Below, piece by piece: positions 1-13,587 of a DNA stretch of 64,000 bases (position 1 is its first letter; each line of letters opens with the position of its first letter). The position numbers were made by a program, and so were the translations under genes. The DNA lies in the NCBI RefSeq assembly GCF_036588685.1, contig NC_086374.1:31868001-31932000 (forward strand), given 5' to 3'. The notes beneath the pieces are model-generated. The model searched no databases. It was given only the letters and a program-made list of their open reading frames with translations, and was not told the DNA's origin. The DNA comes from Mytilus trossulus (taxonomy: Eukaryota).

Positions 1-502
1 GGACAGTTTTTCTTATTTCTTCTATAGGAAGAAATTCGGCGACAAACAAAGAAATGTGTTTGCATAAAAATTCAGTCTTCATATTTTGATGCATAAGTCG
101 CCATTGTAAATGTGGAGGAAGACTGGTGGTGTCTTCGTCGTCACTGTCGTCACTGCGTGTTCGTTCAGTTACATGTTTAGTATGAGAATGCATTCGTTTA
201 CATTTTTTGCATAGAAATATACTGCATAAGAAACAGTTATGGTACACAGGTAGTTTTATGCATTCTTGACACAATTTGGGTGGTTTCTCGACTGGAACAA
301 AGTAATTAGTTGGGAATTCGGTAAATCCCTTGTCTGGTACATAACAAGGTTCTCTGCATAACGGACATATTAAGTTTGACTGATCTTGTAAACCTCCCAG
401 AAATTCGTGAAGACATGATATACAAAATGAATGTTTGCATGGTAGCATTTTGGGAAATTTGAATGTATCATAGCACACAGAACAGACAGTTTCGTTACTC
501 AT
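1..502 (-). CDS. RING / B-box-like / beta-propeller (TRIM-NHL-like) paralog A, 5' part only; runs off the left edge of the window
   Basis: Not in the ORF track because there is no stop in the window. Manual translation from ATG 502 is open to the edge: MSNETVCSVCYDTFKFPKMLPCKHSFCISC...ICPLCREPC...FPTNYF...CQEC...CFLCSIFLCKKCKRMHSH...SDDSDDED. Motif order matches the five other paralogs. Acceptor TTGCAG lies just upstream (about 517-522). Confidence 0.85.
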   Translation of the reverse strand, partial: MSNETVCSVCYDTFKFPKMLPCKHSFCISCLHEFLGGLQDQSNLICPLCREPCYVPDKGFTEFPTNYFVPVEKPPKLCQECIKLPVYHNCFLCSIFLCKKCKRMHSHTKHVTERTRSDDSDDEDTTSLPPHLQWRLMHQNMKTEFLCKHISLFVAEFLPIEEIRKTV

Positions 503-552
503 TATATTGCCATCACCTGCAACCAGAAATATACAACTGTTAACATAGGAAT

Positions 553-838
553 AACAAGAATGTGTCCATAGTACACGCATGCCCCATCCGCACTAAAATT
601 TTCTATGTTCAGTGGACCGTGAAAATAAGGTAAAATCTCTAATTTTGAAATAAAATTAGAACGATTATATCATAGGGAACATGTGTACTTAGTTCCAAGT
701 TGATTGGACTTCGACTTCATCAAAAACTACCTTTGCTACAAACTTTAACCTGAAGCGGGAAGGACGGGCGGACGTATGGCGAACGTACGGACGCACAGAC
801 CAGAAAACATTATATATGCCCATAAATAGGCCTTAAAA
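553..838 (+). mobile_element. Dispersed about 280-bp repeat with a (GGAC)n-like tract and terminal hairpin (Helentron-associated / pearl-like)
   Basis: Starts AACAAGAATGTGTCCATAGTACAC. Other copies at 22549-22812, 40605-40751 (internally deleted) and, inverted and degenerate, at about 8345-8745. Confidence 0.65.
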
Positions 839-2193
839 CGTTTTAACGGAAATGTGATCCATATTCCTAAAACGGACACTTCTTTAGCATCACGCTTCGA
901 CATCATCCATAAAATAATAACAGATAAAAATAAACAAAAGAACCCCGATCTTTTTAGGATGAAATTGGGCCCTGTAGTTTTGCATCGGTAAAAGTAGATG
1001 TTTTTCTTATGCTCATCTTCAAACGTATGTTTATTGCAGTAATAAGATAAAATATTTGAAGTTCTCAGTATTTAAATGAAACATTGTGAAAGATGCACCA
1101 TTATATATATGATTTAAACTATTTACATTTGTTTGTTCAATTCTAATATAAAACGTAGTTATATTTTTTGACTTATGTTTTGTTTCAAAAAGTTTAAATG
1201 TTCAATTATAATATCAAACTTTTTTATTACCCTCAAATTTAAAACTAATATTTTTTTTTTTAAATTCATTTTTTTTAATGAAAGTTGTTTGTTAAATTTG
1301 ATACAATATTTCATTTTTTCATTTGCTATTTTCTTTTACGCCAATTCTTAGAACAGCGGTTAGGACATCCTAGCTAAGATAATCCTAAGTTAGCCTCAAT
1401 GTCCATGCATGTCGGTCCTAATGTTATCATAATTTCGGTCCTCAGAATATCTAATAGGACCGATCTTAGAACATGCAGTCTTGATAAATAGGCCCCAGTT
1501 GTCATAATGTTATTATGTAACACATGATATTTTTTATTTAAATGAATAAATGTCATTTATTTACTCGCATTTATATTTTAGGCATTAAGCTTAATACCTG
1601 CACACACATGTCAGGATTTAAGCTTAAATCCTAGGATTTAAGACTAATGCCTAACATCATTTAGGCAATAGACTTACTGCCTAGGCGTTAGCTTATTGCC
1701 TAGGATTTAGGCTTAATGACTAATTTTACTTATTGCCGCTAACATATTATACATAATTTCACTCCTGCCAATAATACAGGTGAAATTGATAGGTTTAGCT
1801 AGCTATGAAACAAGGTTTAACCTACCTTTTCTACATCAGGACTATGACAGTTTTTGTCCATTTGTTAGAGCTTTTGATTTTTAATTTGCCATTTTATAAA
1901 GGACTTTCCGTTTTGAATATTCCTGGAATTGAGTATTTTTGTTATTTTACTTTTTTCTATTAAAAGCACATAAACTCGATAAAACATACTTAAATTTATC
2001 TTAATATCATTAACACTCCATTTTCAAATTCGTAGATTTTTCTTCAGTTTAATGTACTTTCTATACGAATGTTCACCTATATTTTGAAAGATTTCAGTCA
2101 GTAAAATTTTAGAGAAAAAGAGAAAGGACCTAAATATGCATTATTTGTTTTTATCGATTTACAGTTATAGTCCAACGGGTCGAAGTTGCATGC

Positions 2194-2765
2194 AAAAGGA
2201 CAAGGTACAATAAGGCCCTCTAATTTCCTCTTTTTTCAAATTCTGTTTTAGAAAGCTATTTATCACGTAAAGATATTCCATTAAGTTTGAAGTTTGTTTA
2301 GCTGAACTTCAAAACCATTAATTTCAGAAAATGAGTGAGGTTAGGGTGGTTAAAGGGCACCAAAAACGCCAAAAGAAGGAAAAATTGCGATATTTGCTCA
2401 TTTTTTTCTTAAAATTTGATAAGGTGCGCTTACGTGACCCGGAGATAATTACGTCGATTTAGACAGCAAAAACTGTGCTAATGACATTCGAATAAAAAAT
2501 ATCCTGGGTCACGTTGTCGCAGGCACTTAAAATCTTAAAAAATGTTGTACAAACCACCTGAAAAGTGAAAAATAATTAAAATATTTGAATGATAACAGAA
2601 AGTTTCCCCCCTAAGTTGCTAAAACTAGTGGTTTCGAAGTTCATCATAACAAACTTCAAGCATTAGGGAATATTTTAACATAATAAGTAGCTTTCAAAAA
2701 CAGAATTTGAAAAAATGAGAAAATAGGGGAGGCAAAAAACAGGCCTTATCGTACCTTGTCCTTTT
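2194..2765. mobile_element. MITE with about 110-bp imperfect TIRs (possibly Kolobok-like)
   Basis: AAAAGGACAAGGTACAATAAGGCC..TTTTTTCAAATTCTGTTTTT is inverted at AAAAACAGAATTTGAAAAAA..GGCCTTATCGTACCTTGTCCTTTT. Confidence 0.7.
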
Positions 2766-3681
2766 ACCCACATCTGCCGGCTCTTGATTTTGGTTACGAC
2801 GGCCGCAAAAACAAAAATGAAACCATTAAAAATGTGATGTACATGTAGAAGGAAGTAAGTTAAATGTCAAATATAGAAATATGACATCATAGATTCGAAA
2901 AAAGAACAATATATATATAGTATATTTTTTCATAATATCCATTCATAAAGTAAGTATCATTAATCAAATTCGAAGTAAATAAATACCTGTATACATTTTT
3001 TTATGCGTAAAATAAGATAATAACGGTCAATCTTATCATGGCGGGGGTTATATAACTTGGAATTCCCAGTCAACTTGTTTTGGTTTCGGTTTTAACTTAT
3101 TTGGTGAGTTTCGTACTACTGCAAGACTAGAGACCCTTTGCCTGTAAATTTGGTTTACCATAGCCCTGGAGTTCGAGTTGCAGTCTTCTCAATTATTTGT
3201 TATTCTTATAGAATTCAACAACGGCTACATTTTGACTTTTTTCACAAATGTTACCATAATGACTTTCGCGTGTATGGCCTACATGTATGCTTCCAATTAT
3301 GACACATGCTCTATTAAGCAATAGTTTGACCCACTGGCTGCAACAATAAGAATTCGTTGACAGGACTACGTGCTCCAGAATGGGATCTTGAATATAGTTA
3401 CACTGACTCCGGGTTCCACAAGGAGCGCGTGTTATTAACCCGGCCCATCTTTCACAGCTGAGGACAGTACATCTAAGATCATCTAACTGTTGCCAAAGAC
3501 AAGCACGAAGATATTTCTTTTTAAACAATAGATTACACATACTGTTATGATAAACCATTTTCCCACAAAAATGAGAAATTTAAACAGTTAGAATTCTCGT
3601 TCAATTAATATTGGATTATCTATAAGCAGAATGAAGCACTTTAACATGTCGTTAATACATAAATTGTCTTTTCTTTAAGGA

Positions 3682-5073
3682 ATGATGGAAGATCACGACT
3701 CTTGTCCAGTTTGCTTTGAGAATTTCATTATGCCAAAACTGTTGCCCTGCAAGCATACCTTTTGTCTTCGTTGTTTGAAGGACTACTGCGATCAACAAAA
3801 GACTATTTCAAATGAAAAGTTAACTACCACAGATAAAGATTCGAACAATGCAATAGATAAAGATAAAATCATTTGTCCTCTTTGTCGAAACGTGTGCACT
3901 ATACCAAACAAAGGATTTCAAGATTTATTTACAAATTACTTTATAAAAATTTCAAAACCGTCTAAGATTTGTGAAATTTGTGTACAAGAAAATATTTCAA
4001 CATATTGTACAACTTGCTTTAAGTATAAGTGTAAGGTTTGTTTTCGTCAATATGATCATAGAAAAAAGACAAGTGGTAAATCCGAGGTAACAGAGGATGA
4101 CCGACCTGATCCTCGTCTTCCCTTTCATCTAATGTTCATTGATGGAATCAGAACTGAATATATTTGTGAACTGACGAAAACCTTTCAGTTAGATGTTCCA
4201 CCCAACGATGAAGGAAAGCGTATGGTATATTCTGTCATTGCCTCAAGGAAAGGAGGGGCATATGTTCTCCCTCAGACAGTTCCCTTTGTTTTGAAGTTTG
4301 GAGCAAATACGGATTTACTAGCAAAAATAAGGACACCTGAAACTTGCACATGTATAATCGAACTTCAGAATGGAGACCTGCTTGGAATTTTCATTGGTAG
4401 TCGTCTAATACTGCGCTATACTTGTGGTGGTTGGTCGCATTTTGCTACAGCATTGGATTATTTTCCCTTTGGACTCGCCGAGTTGTCTGATAGTAAAATT
4501 GTTGTATGTGGTCCGAATGCTATACCTTCAGTTGGTATCAAAGAAGACAAACTATATGGCATTGTTAGAATGTATTCGGCGGATGGTGATGCACTTGGGG
4601 AAATTGAGAAAAAAAACAAAGAAAACAGTTTTCTTTCACCTTCTTTGGCTGTGTCTAATAGACGAAGCAAAACATTCGCAATTAGCGACCAGAAAAGATT
4701 ATGTGTAACTATATACCACGAAAACGGAGACGAATTAACAACTTATAATGGGGGGACATCAATGTTTAACTTACCGCTGAACCTTTTTGGATTTCAATCA
4801 CAGGGAATTTTTCAGCCAATCGAAATGTGTTGTAGTCAAGCCGGGAACTTCTTCATATCTTGTACAGACGGTACATTGCACGTGTTGAATCCATATGGTA
4901 AAATCAAGGGTGTCGCCTTAGCCAACTGTGCCGACGGATTTGGGACACTGACGGATGTCGCCGTTGACATAGATGGAAACATTTGGTGTAGTAATTCTGA
5001 ATTAGGAACAATTAAATTATTTCGATTAGTGAGATATAAAAACCATTTAAAAACAGGCTCTATATTGCCATGA
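3682..5073 (+). CDS. RING / B-box-like / NHL-like beta-propeller protein (TRIM-NHL-like) paralog B
   Basis: 463-aa ORF with a C3HC4 RING (CPVC..PCKHTFCLRC..CPLCR), TNYF motif, a Cys-rich B-box-1-like module and C-terminal propeller-type repeats (DVAVDIDGNIWCSN). Acceptor TTTCTTTAAG lies just before the ATG. Confidence 0.85.
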   Translation: MMEDHDSCPVCFENFIMPKLLPCKHTFCLRCLKDYCDQQKTISNEKLTTTDKDSNNAIDKDKIICPLCRNVCTIPNKGFQDLFTNYFIKISKPSKICEICVQENISTYCTTCFKYKCKVCFRQYDHRKKTSGKSEVTEDDRPDPRLPFHLMFIDGIRTEYICELTKTFQLDVPPNDEGKRMVYSVIASRKGGAYVLPQTVPFVLKFGANTDLLAKIRTPETCTCIIELQNGDLLGIFIGSRLILRYTCGGWSHFATALDYFPFGLAELSDSKIVVCGPNAIPSVGIKEDKLYGIVRMYSADGDALGEIEKKNKENSFLSPSLAVSNRRSKTFAISDQKRLCVTIYHENGDELTTYNGGTSMFNLPLNLFGFQSQGIFQPIEMCCSQAGNFFISCTDGTLHVLNPYGKIKGVALANCADGFGTLTDVAVDIDGNIWCSNSELGTIKLFRLVRYKNHLKTGSILP

Positions 5074-6674
5074 TTATTGGGTCTTCTTTATGGAATTACA
5101 CTTTGATGTGTATTTTATGTACACAAAGCACTTTTGAGGAAATAAGTTTGTACTTTTCACGAGACATCCAACATATTGTATTATTAAGCGATTTTTAACT
5201 TAGTCTTCAAGTTTTAACCATTTCAAAATGTGTCTTTTATTTATACCAACAATATTCAGATGCAATACAAAAAAATGTGTTTCTTTTCTTTTTGTAGGCA
5301 TATAAAAACGCCAAATTCATAAACTTGTTAGTGAACGAGAAACTATCGTTTGGCATGTACTTACATTTACAAACAATATATTTATGAATATGTGCCTGGC
5401 TTTTGACCTTAATGCATTCCAAATAAATACATGCCACTAGTTCATACCAATTTTTATATGGATTGCTTCTTTTAGTTATTCGAGCAGCTAGCAGTTGATG
5501 ACAGTCCACATAGATACACCACTCTGATGTTTAAACTTTTCATCGTTGCAGTAAATCAACAATGATAGATTTTAACCGGTTTTGAAATTGTCATTGTATT
5601 AGGATATCTGAAGGCCGACATTTGGTACGTATTTTTTATTGAATGGTCCAAAAAGCCTTGTCATACGGTATACCTTTTTTATACGATCTCGACTTGATTG
5701 ACAAACCAGGTTCACAAAACTTTGAATACTAATATTTGTAAACCATATGCACATTGTCACAGATTCGACTTATATATATTTTAATCCAATGTTTGAACAG
5801 ATTATATTATACTTCTATGCAGTATTTGATAGAAGTAGTATATGCAGTATTTGTTTTGTTGTTTAGCGCAAACGTTCAGCATTATTGTGTTAATTTGTGC
5901 CAGTCAGTTTAATGGCAAATGAAGCTGGAGTACCAGGAGAGAACCACATTCCAATTCATTTAGAATTGTAGTAGATTCTAGACAATAGTGTTGACATGCT
6001 AGTGATAACGTTGAATTATAGGACCACTTGGCCACCGAGATCGAAATGTCGATGTGAGGTCAAGGTCACAATACCAAATGCATATTTCTAGGGCATGAAC
6101 TCCATATAGGGTGTGCATAATTTACTGCAATATATGAATGGAGATAGAACTTGCAATCTTGATTTTTATTTGTTTCAATTTACAATTCTTACTTTAGCTT
6201 CTGGTTTCAAACTAAAGTAAAGATAAATATTGCAGGGGGGACAACTCCCCTTCATGTGAACAAATTCATCCCTTTAATTAGGGTATAAACAGCCTCCCAT
6301 TTTTAACAAGTTATTTTTGTTTTTTTTCAATCGCTTATATTTCTGACAGATCAGCAAAGCCCAAAACTTAAGATGAAACATGAACACTTGAAAATGGCAA
6401 GGCCATTATACTTAAAAAATAAAGTTCAATAACTTCTCAATGGCATATTAAAATTCTATTAAAATCAAAAGAGAGCTTACCTTAATAGATGTAAACAATT
6501 CACCAAAGTTTCATGAGAACTGCTGAAAGCATTTTTGAGTTTCCATAACTTGAAAATCCCATAAAACCCTGTAGCTACAAGAACTCGAAGTTGGTGAAAG
6601 CATTCTTTATTCATTGTCCGAAAACTTGAAAACCCCCCTTTTTTAATGGATAAAAACCTCATTAATTTGAGAGA

Positions 6675-9358
6675 AAACTAGAGGCTCTAAAGAGCCTGTG
6701 TCGCTCACTTTGGTTTATGTGAATATTAAACAATGGACACAGATGGATTCATGACAAAAATGTGTTTTGGTGATGGTGATGTGTTTGTAGATCTTACTTT
6801 ACTAAACATTCTTGCTGCTTACAATTATCTCTATCTATAACAGTAGTTTCTGTGGAAAATGTTAGTGAAATCTACAAATTTTATAAAATTTGTTAAAAAA
6901 TGATTATGAAGGGCAATAACTCTTTAGGGGGTCAATTGACTATTTTGGTCAGGTTGACCTATTTTTAGTTCTTACTTTGTTGTACATTATTGCTGTTTAC
7001 AGTTTATCTCTATCTATAATAATATTCAAGATAATAACAAACTAGAGGCTCTAAAAAGCCTGCGTCGCTCACCTTGGTCTATGTGAATATTAAACAAAGG
7101 AAGCAGATTGAAAATTGACTACAAAGGTCAATAACTCCTAAAGGGATCAACTGACCATTTCGGTCATGTTGACTTATTTGTATATCTTACTTTGCTGAAC
7201 ATTATTGCTGTTTACAGTTTACCTATATCTATAATAATATTCAATATAATAACCAAAAACAGCAAAATTTCCTTAAAATTACAAATTCAGGGACAGCAAC
7301 CCATAAACAGGTTCTCGACCTGATAAACAATTTTACACCCTGTCAGATTTGCTCTAAATGCTTTGGTTTTTGAGTTATAAGCCAAAAACTGCATTTTACC
7401 CCTATGTTCTATTTTTAGCCGTGGTGGCCATCTTGGTTGGATGACCGGGTCACCGGACACATTTTTTAAACTAGATACACCAAAGATGATTGTGGCCAAG
7501 TTTGGGTTAATTTGGCCCAGTAGTTTCAGAAGAGAAGATTTTTGTAAAAGATTACTAAGATTTACGAAAAATGGTTAAAAATTGACTACAAAGGACAATA
7601 ACATCTAAAGGGGAAAACTGACCATTACGATCATGTTGACTTATTTGTAAATACACAAGATTTTGGTTGGAAAAAATGCTCGTTTTTGGCTCCCAATTCC
7701 TGTATGAATTGGAAGAAATTTTAACATAATATCTGACACAAAATAAAGGTCAAGATCTTACAAATCTATTGTGCAATTGAAGATTTCTTCTTCAAACTTT
7801 TCAAAAATTTGGGTAAAAAAATTGAAAAACGCTACCCCTCCCCCAAAACTTGACATTTCTTTATACATAATTTACAAGTGTAATGGAGGTACATCAGAAC
7901 TTGCCCAACACTTAAATGTTAAATGTTTTTGAGTCACCTGTCTTACACTGCTTTTAAATTGTCTTAATTGTACAATCGACCAGAAAAACCTAGTTTTTCC
8001 CCCTTTTGTTTTGCCCCTAATTCTAACCAATGTTGAGCGATAACCCCCAAAGCCAATACTTACCATCCCTTCATATGGAAACTTGTGGTATAATTTCAAA
8101 GAGATTCATACACTTAAACACAAGTTATTGTTTGAAAACTACAAAAATGCTTATTTCTCAACTATTGGGACCATAACCCCAAAATCAATCCCAACCTTCC
8201 TTTAGTGGTATTGAACCTTTGGTAAAAAATTATAAGAGATCCATTCAGTAAAACAAAAGTTATTGTCCGGAACCAAACGTGTTTCAGACGACGACTACAT
8301 GATACAATGCAAACATTTTTTTTGCAGCCATATAAAAATGTCCCTTTTTATGACCCACCTATGATAGAAGAGGGGCATTAGGTTGTCAGGTCTTGTGGGT
8401 CTGTTCCTCTCACATCAGGTTTAAAGTTTTCGGTAAAGGTAGTTTTTGATGAAGGTGGTCTAATCAACTTGATATGATCTTTCTGATTTTTATTCCAAAG
8501 TAAAGTTTTGACCCCAATTTCTCTGTCTACTGAACATAAAATATGATAGTGCAAAGTTCAGGTTAAAGTTTTTGGTCAAGGTAGTTTTTGATGAAATTGA
8601 AGTCTCATCCACTTAAAACTTAGTACACGAGTTTCCTATGAAGTGATTTTTCTAATTTTAATTCCAAATAAAAGTTTAGACCCAAATTTCACGGTCCACT
8701 GAAATTGAATATGACAGTGCAAGTGAGGCATCCGTGTACGTGGATTAATTTCGCCTGGTAGTTTCAGAGGAGAAGATTTTTGTACAAGATCATGGAGATT
8801 TACAAAAATGGTTAAAAATTGACTATAAAGGGCAATAACTCCTAAAGGGGTCAACTGACCATTTTGGTAATGTTCACTTATTTGTGAATCTTACTTTGCT
8901 GAACATTTTTGCTGTTTACAGTTTATCTCTATCCATAATAATATTCAAGACAAGATAATATCCAAAAACAGCAAAATTTCCTTAAAAATACCAATTTAGG
9001 GGCAGCAACTCAACAATGGGTTGTCTGATTCATCTGAAAATTTCAGGGCAGATAGATCTTGACCTCATAAACAAATATAACCCATGTCAGATTTGCTCTA
9101 AATGCTTTGGTTTTTGAGTTACAAGCCAAAAACTGCATTTTACCCCTATGTTCTATTTTTAGCCATGGCGGCCATGTTTTTTGATGAAATGGGAATTAAA
9201 ACACAAGCTTTATTCTAGATACCCTAGGAATCAATCAGATGGAGTTTGGTTTGAATTGGTTCAGTAGTTTCAGAGGAGAAGATTTTTGTAAAAGTTAACG
9301 CCGAACACCAAGTGATGAGAAAAGCTCACTTGGCCTTTTAGGCCAGGTGAGCTAAAAA
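6675..9358 (+). mobile_element. Nested or composite Helentron-associated-type repeats
   Basis: Two 5' ends AACTAGAGGCTCTAAA.AGCCTG..GCTCAC (6675, 7040), repeated internal blocks, and a 3' hairpin AGCTCACTTGGCCT-TTT-AGGCCAGGTGAGCT plus A5 (9323-9358). Other repeats are inserted between them. Confidence 0.6.
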
Positions 9359-12300
9359 TGCTTGTTTTAAGCCCATAATTCACCTACGGTTGAGATCCTT
9401 ATCCCAAAATCAATCCCAACCTTTCTTTTGTGGTATTGCACCCTTTTTAATTTCAAAAAGATCCATTCACATAAACTAAAGTTATTGCTTGGAAACGAAA
9501 CAAGTCTTCTGATGATGACATCTAGCGGTACATATTTTTTTCATTTGTCAAGGGGTACAACTCTAGAAAGGTCGAAGTGACACCAACAAAATTCAAACTA
9601 AATCTTTTGCGGTATTAAGTTTTGTGTACAAGTTAAAAACATTTGGGTTGAGGCAAAGTTTGAGAACAGACGTAATGATCATCCTTTTTGTTTGTAAAGG
9701 TAAAAGCGACACCATCAAAAATCAAACGTGATCTGTGTTTTGTGGTCATCAGCATTTTGTTAAAGTTTCACAACATTTAAGTTTTAAGCACTCAAGAACA
9801 GAAACCAACTTAGAGATGTACATACATACTTACGAACAAGAGTCGAGGCAAACGGAAATTAGAGAACAAACTGAATATGCAGCATTTTTACCATTTGAAG
9901 GGGCACAACTCTAGAGCGACAAAATTGGAGATTTTGATGTAGTGAAAGACCAGGCTAAAACTTTTTGTCTCATCTGCTGCAGGCATCAAAATTATGGCTA
10001 TGAATTATAGACGCAGCTTCTAAGTCTAATTCAAAGTTTGAAAACTGAGGTGCCCTACAGAACTTATGTGTTGACACAACTGTCAAGATATTGGAAATAT
10101 TGTCATTCTGCTCTGTAGAATCAAAGATGAAAATATTCTAGAACCTTCTGAATTCATTTCAGAAATTGCTGCCAATAGAAAGTTGATAACCAGGAGATCA
10201 GGTTAGTGTTCACAGATTTAAACTCACCAACCCAGTATAAAGTTGTCCTTATCAATAGTACACAACAAAATAGGGACGGAAAAGGGGCAGGCCAGGTGAA
10301 TGCAACAAGTTGGGTTACATAAATCAAACTCTTCAATTACAAATTAAAACTTTTTTTCTATAATTGATTTAGAGAACTTCAGTGCAATCACTCTCGTCTT
10401 GTCTGTCTTGGTTTTAAAGGCATTCATTTTTTTTTTAAATAAAGCATTTGAATGGGTATGTTTTGAGATTATTTACTCACCAAATAAGAAATAGCTGCGT
10501 AGCAGAGTATGAAATTTGTTTATACAGTACACTCATTATAAATCTAAGTGAACAAGTTATTCCATTTCATACAAGCATAGAAAACTGACAAAACTCCCAT
10601 GCTCAGTGGTATAAGAAAACTTCAAGTGAAGTCATACTCAAATCAGAAGCATGTATTATGTAGAACGTAAGAACTAAGATGGATAAAATGACAAGGCCTT
10701 GGAAGATTACATCATACTTTTGGCATAGGGGGGTTCAATCTAGTCACCTCCATTCAATGACCTTCTTTATCTGGGAAAGCTGAATTTTTCTCTCAGTTAT
10801 TAGATATTATTGTTGTTACTCCAGCAATAAACTAAATCTAATCATGCAAGTGATGAATTCTTTTCTTGGATATGATATCATTATTGCTGTTACTCCGGCA
10901 ATAAGTTAAATCTATTCAAACTTCAAACTACCTTTTGAAAGGAACAAAATCATGTGTATAAAAATATCTATATTTTTCTCAATTATGCAGTATTTGTATG
11001 GACATTTTGCATATAATAAATAAATATTTTGCAAGATATCAATTAGAAATGAGCATATAAAAAGGCATTTAAAATTGGTCTAAAAGTGGCATATGTCATA
11101 TATAAAATTATGGCAGTGATGATTTTGTCATATTAAAAGCAACATACAGTTTTGTCAATGCAAATATCAAATTTCATAAGAATGTCAATTAATAAACGAG
11201 ATTGCAAAATATGGCACAAAACAGTCTGAAAAAGGCATCATTCAACAATCATTTACAAAAATTTTCAATGAATTTTAAGCAAGTAACAAATATGCCATAG
11301 ATATTCAATTTCATGCATAAATATTTTTATGTCCATAATTTTCTCCGAACAAAGGCTATTTCTATTTCGGTCAGGACTAGTATCAATTTGCTGCCACCTC
11401 AAATTTTCTCTCTCCATTACAGCCTCTGTCAACGCCAATTCCTGTCCCCATCTACATAAATAGAGGCAAATCATAGCAATCATATAAAAGCAAGTTCATT
11501 TTAAAACATATTTATTTTTTGTCACATAACCATACCTGTTCTCAGGTAGACATATGAAACCCTCTGAGGGTAAAAAAGTATACATATACACAGCACAAAA
11601 GAAATACATGTGAGATAGTTATCACTGGGTTTACATAGTTATTTATTAAAATGCTTTTATCATTACTCTATATAAAAAAGACATTTAATGTGATCAATCA
11701 GTTAAGGTAACATGGATGATTGTGTGTATCTGTGAATACCAATTACAAATTAAAAACAACATATACCAAGCAAATATCAAGAAAAAAATGGCTAAGAACT
11801 ATGTAAAGATTAATGGTCAAATCACCTAGATAGAATATACTAATAATTATTTAACACCAACAGCTCATACATAAACAATATCTTGGCGAAGGTCCAATAA
11901 AGGAAAACCTGAATAAGTATGGGATATACAACACACTATTTACAACGATGACCAATGGGCAGGAGGCTTTGGGGGACCAGCTTCTATGGCAACAAGAATC
12001 GACGATCTCAATATATATGAACAACGCAATGCATAATAGAAGTCTTATCATCAACACATGGGTATCATCATCATCAATTTAACAGACATCAATAATATAG
12101 TTGGATATAATCATCATTTTAAGCAAAGAAAGAGAGGTAATCTCACTTAGTTAAAGGGAGGTTACCTCTCCTGGACATGTTTTTTCAATGCATCATATTA
12201 TAATAATACTAGAAACATACATTTTGTATTTCAATAAGACATGGCAAAAAAATATCAATATTTCAAATGTTTAAAAATTCATTGTTCAAGTGAAACTAAA

Positions 12301-13587
12301 ATAATCATTACGACCAATATGCAATGGAAAATATATCAATACGAAAAAGTTTTCATTTATATCATATGCAATGCAAATTTATTATGTAAAAAAACAATTC
12401 AAAAAGTCATTTCAACAAAATAATGAAAATTATATATCTCTATCATTTCAAAAGGCATTATCTTCTTTAAAATACTTTTAACATTTCAAGTAAAACATGA
12501 TATCAATATGAAATCTTTTAACAGCAATAAATTCAATGCACATTATTTTCATTAAAATTAAACAAGTGTCTTTCTCTGAAAAACTACAACTAACACAAAA
12601 TAAAAAAGAATAAGTCTTTCACGATCAATATTAAGAGTTTTGATTGCAATGCAAAATAATTTTCAAGAATACATAATATAAATAACAGTGAATAAATTGC
12701 AATATTTTCAAGAAACAAAAAAATAAGCATTTACCATTTGGAATGTATTGTCTAAAAAGTATAAAACAAACTATGTCCTACAACTATATTTTATGACAGA
12801 CAAAAAAAATAATCCCTGACAATGAAAAAAAGAGAGAGTTGCTTTGGGGTATTCTAAATTTATGCAAATTTGGCACTGAAGTACAGAAATGTTTTATATC
12901 ATATACAATACAAGGGCATCAAGATAAAATGATCATCAATGATAATAAAATACTCTTCTTTACATAAAATAATGAATCACAATTTGCAACATGAAATGGC
13001 AATAAACATATACTTTTATCAATAAGAAAACAACTTTATATAGAAAAATGCACTTACAATTTAAACAAATTAAAGAATACCCCAATGCAAAAGTCTTAAT
13101 TAAAAGTTCATTGTCAAGATGAGCACTTTTCAATAGTAGCCTATGTCTTCTGTGTGGATGTTAAATATGATGATTCTTTCACAACAGTCTTATATAAAAG
13201 TCTCGACCAAAATATTGCCATTCGATTCCTGAAAAGAAAGAAAATGATTCATTTACTATCAACAGTCCTCCTCAATATCTTGATTTTCTTTTTTTCCCTT
13301 TCAATTATATTTATGCATTATCCACATCTGTTCAGATCATTACATGAGAATAAATGTTAAATTTAACAACAAACTTTAAACTTAAAATCATTATTTCTTG
13401 TTCTATGTTTTTATATAAATTGTGCCACAATTCAACTGCAACACTTTTTTTTTACACATTAGAAAAGCAACATATGACTATCATAGAGACTATCTACCGT
13501 AGACATAAAATATAAAATTTAACTAATATTTTTTTTAGATCTAATAATGAAAGTAGTATTATGTATATTGTACCTGTTACTAGTAAT

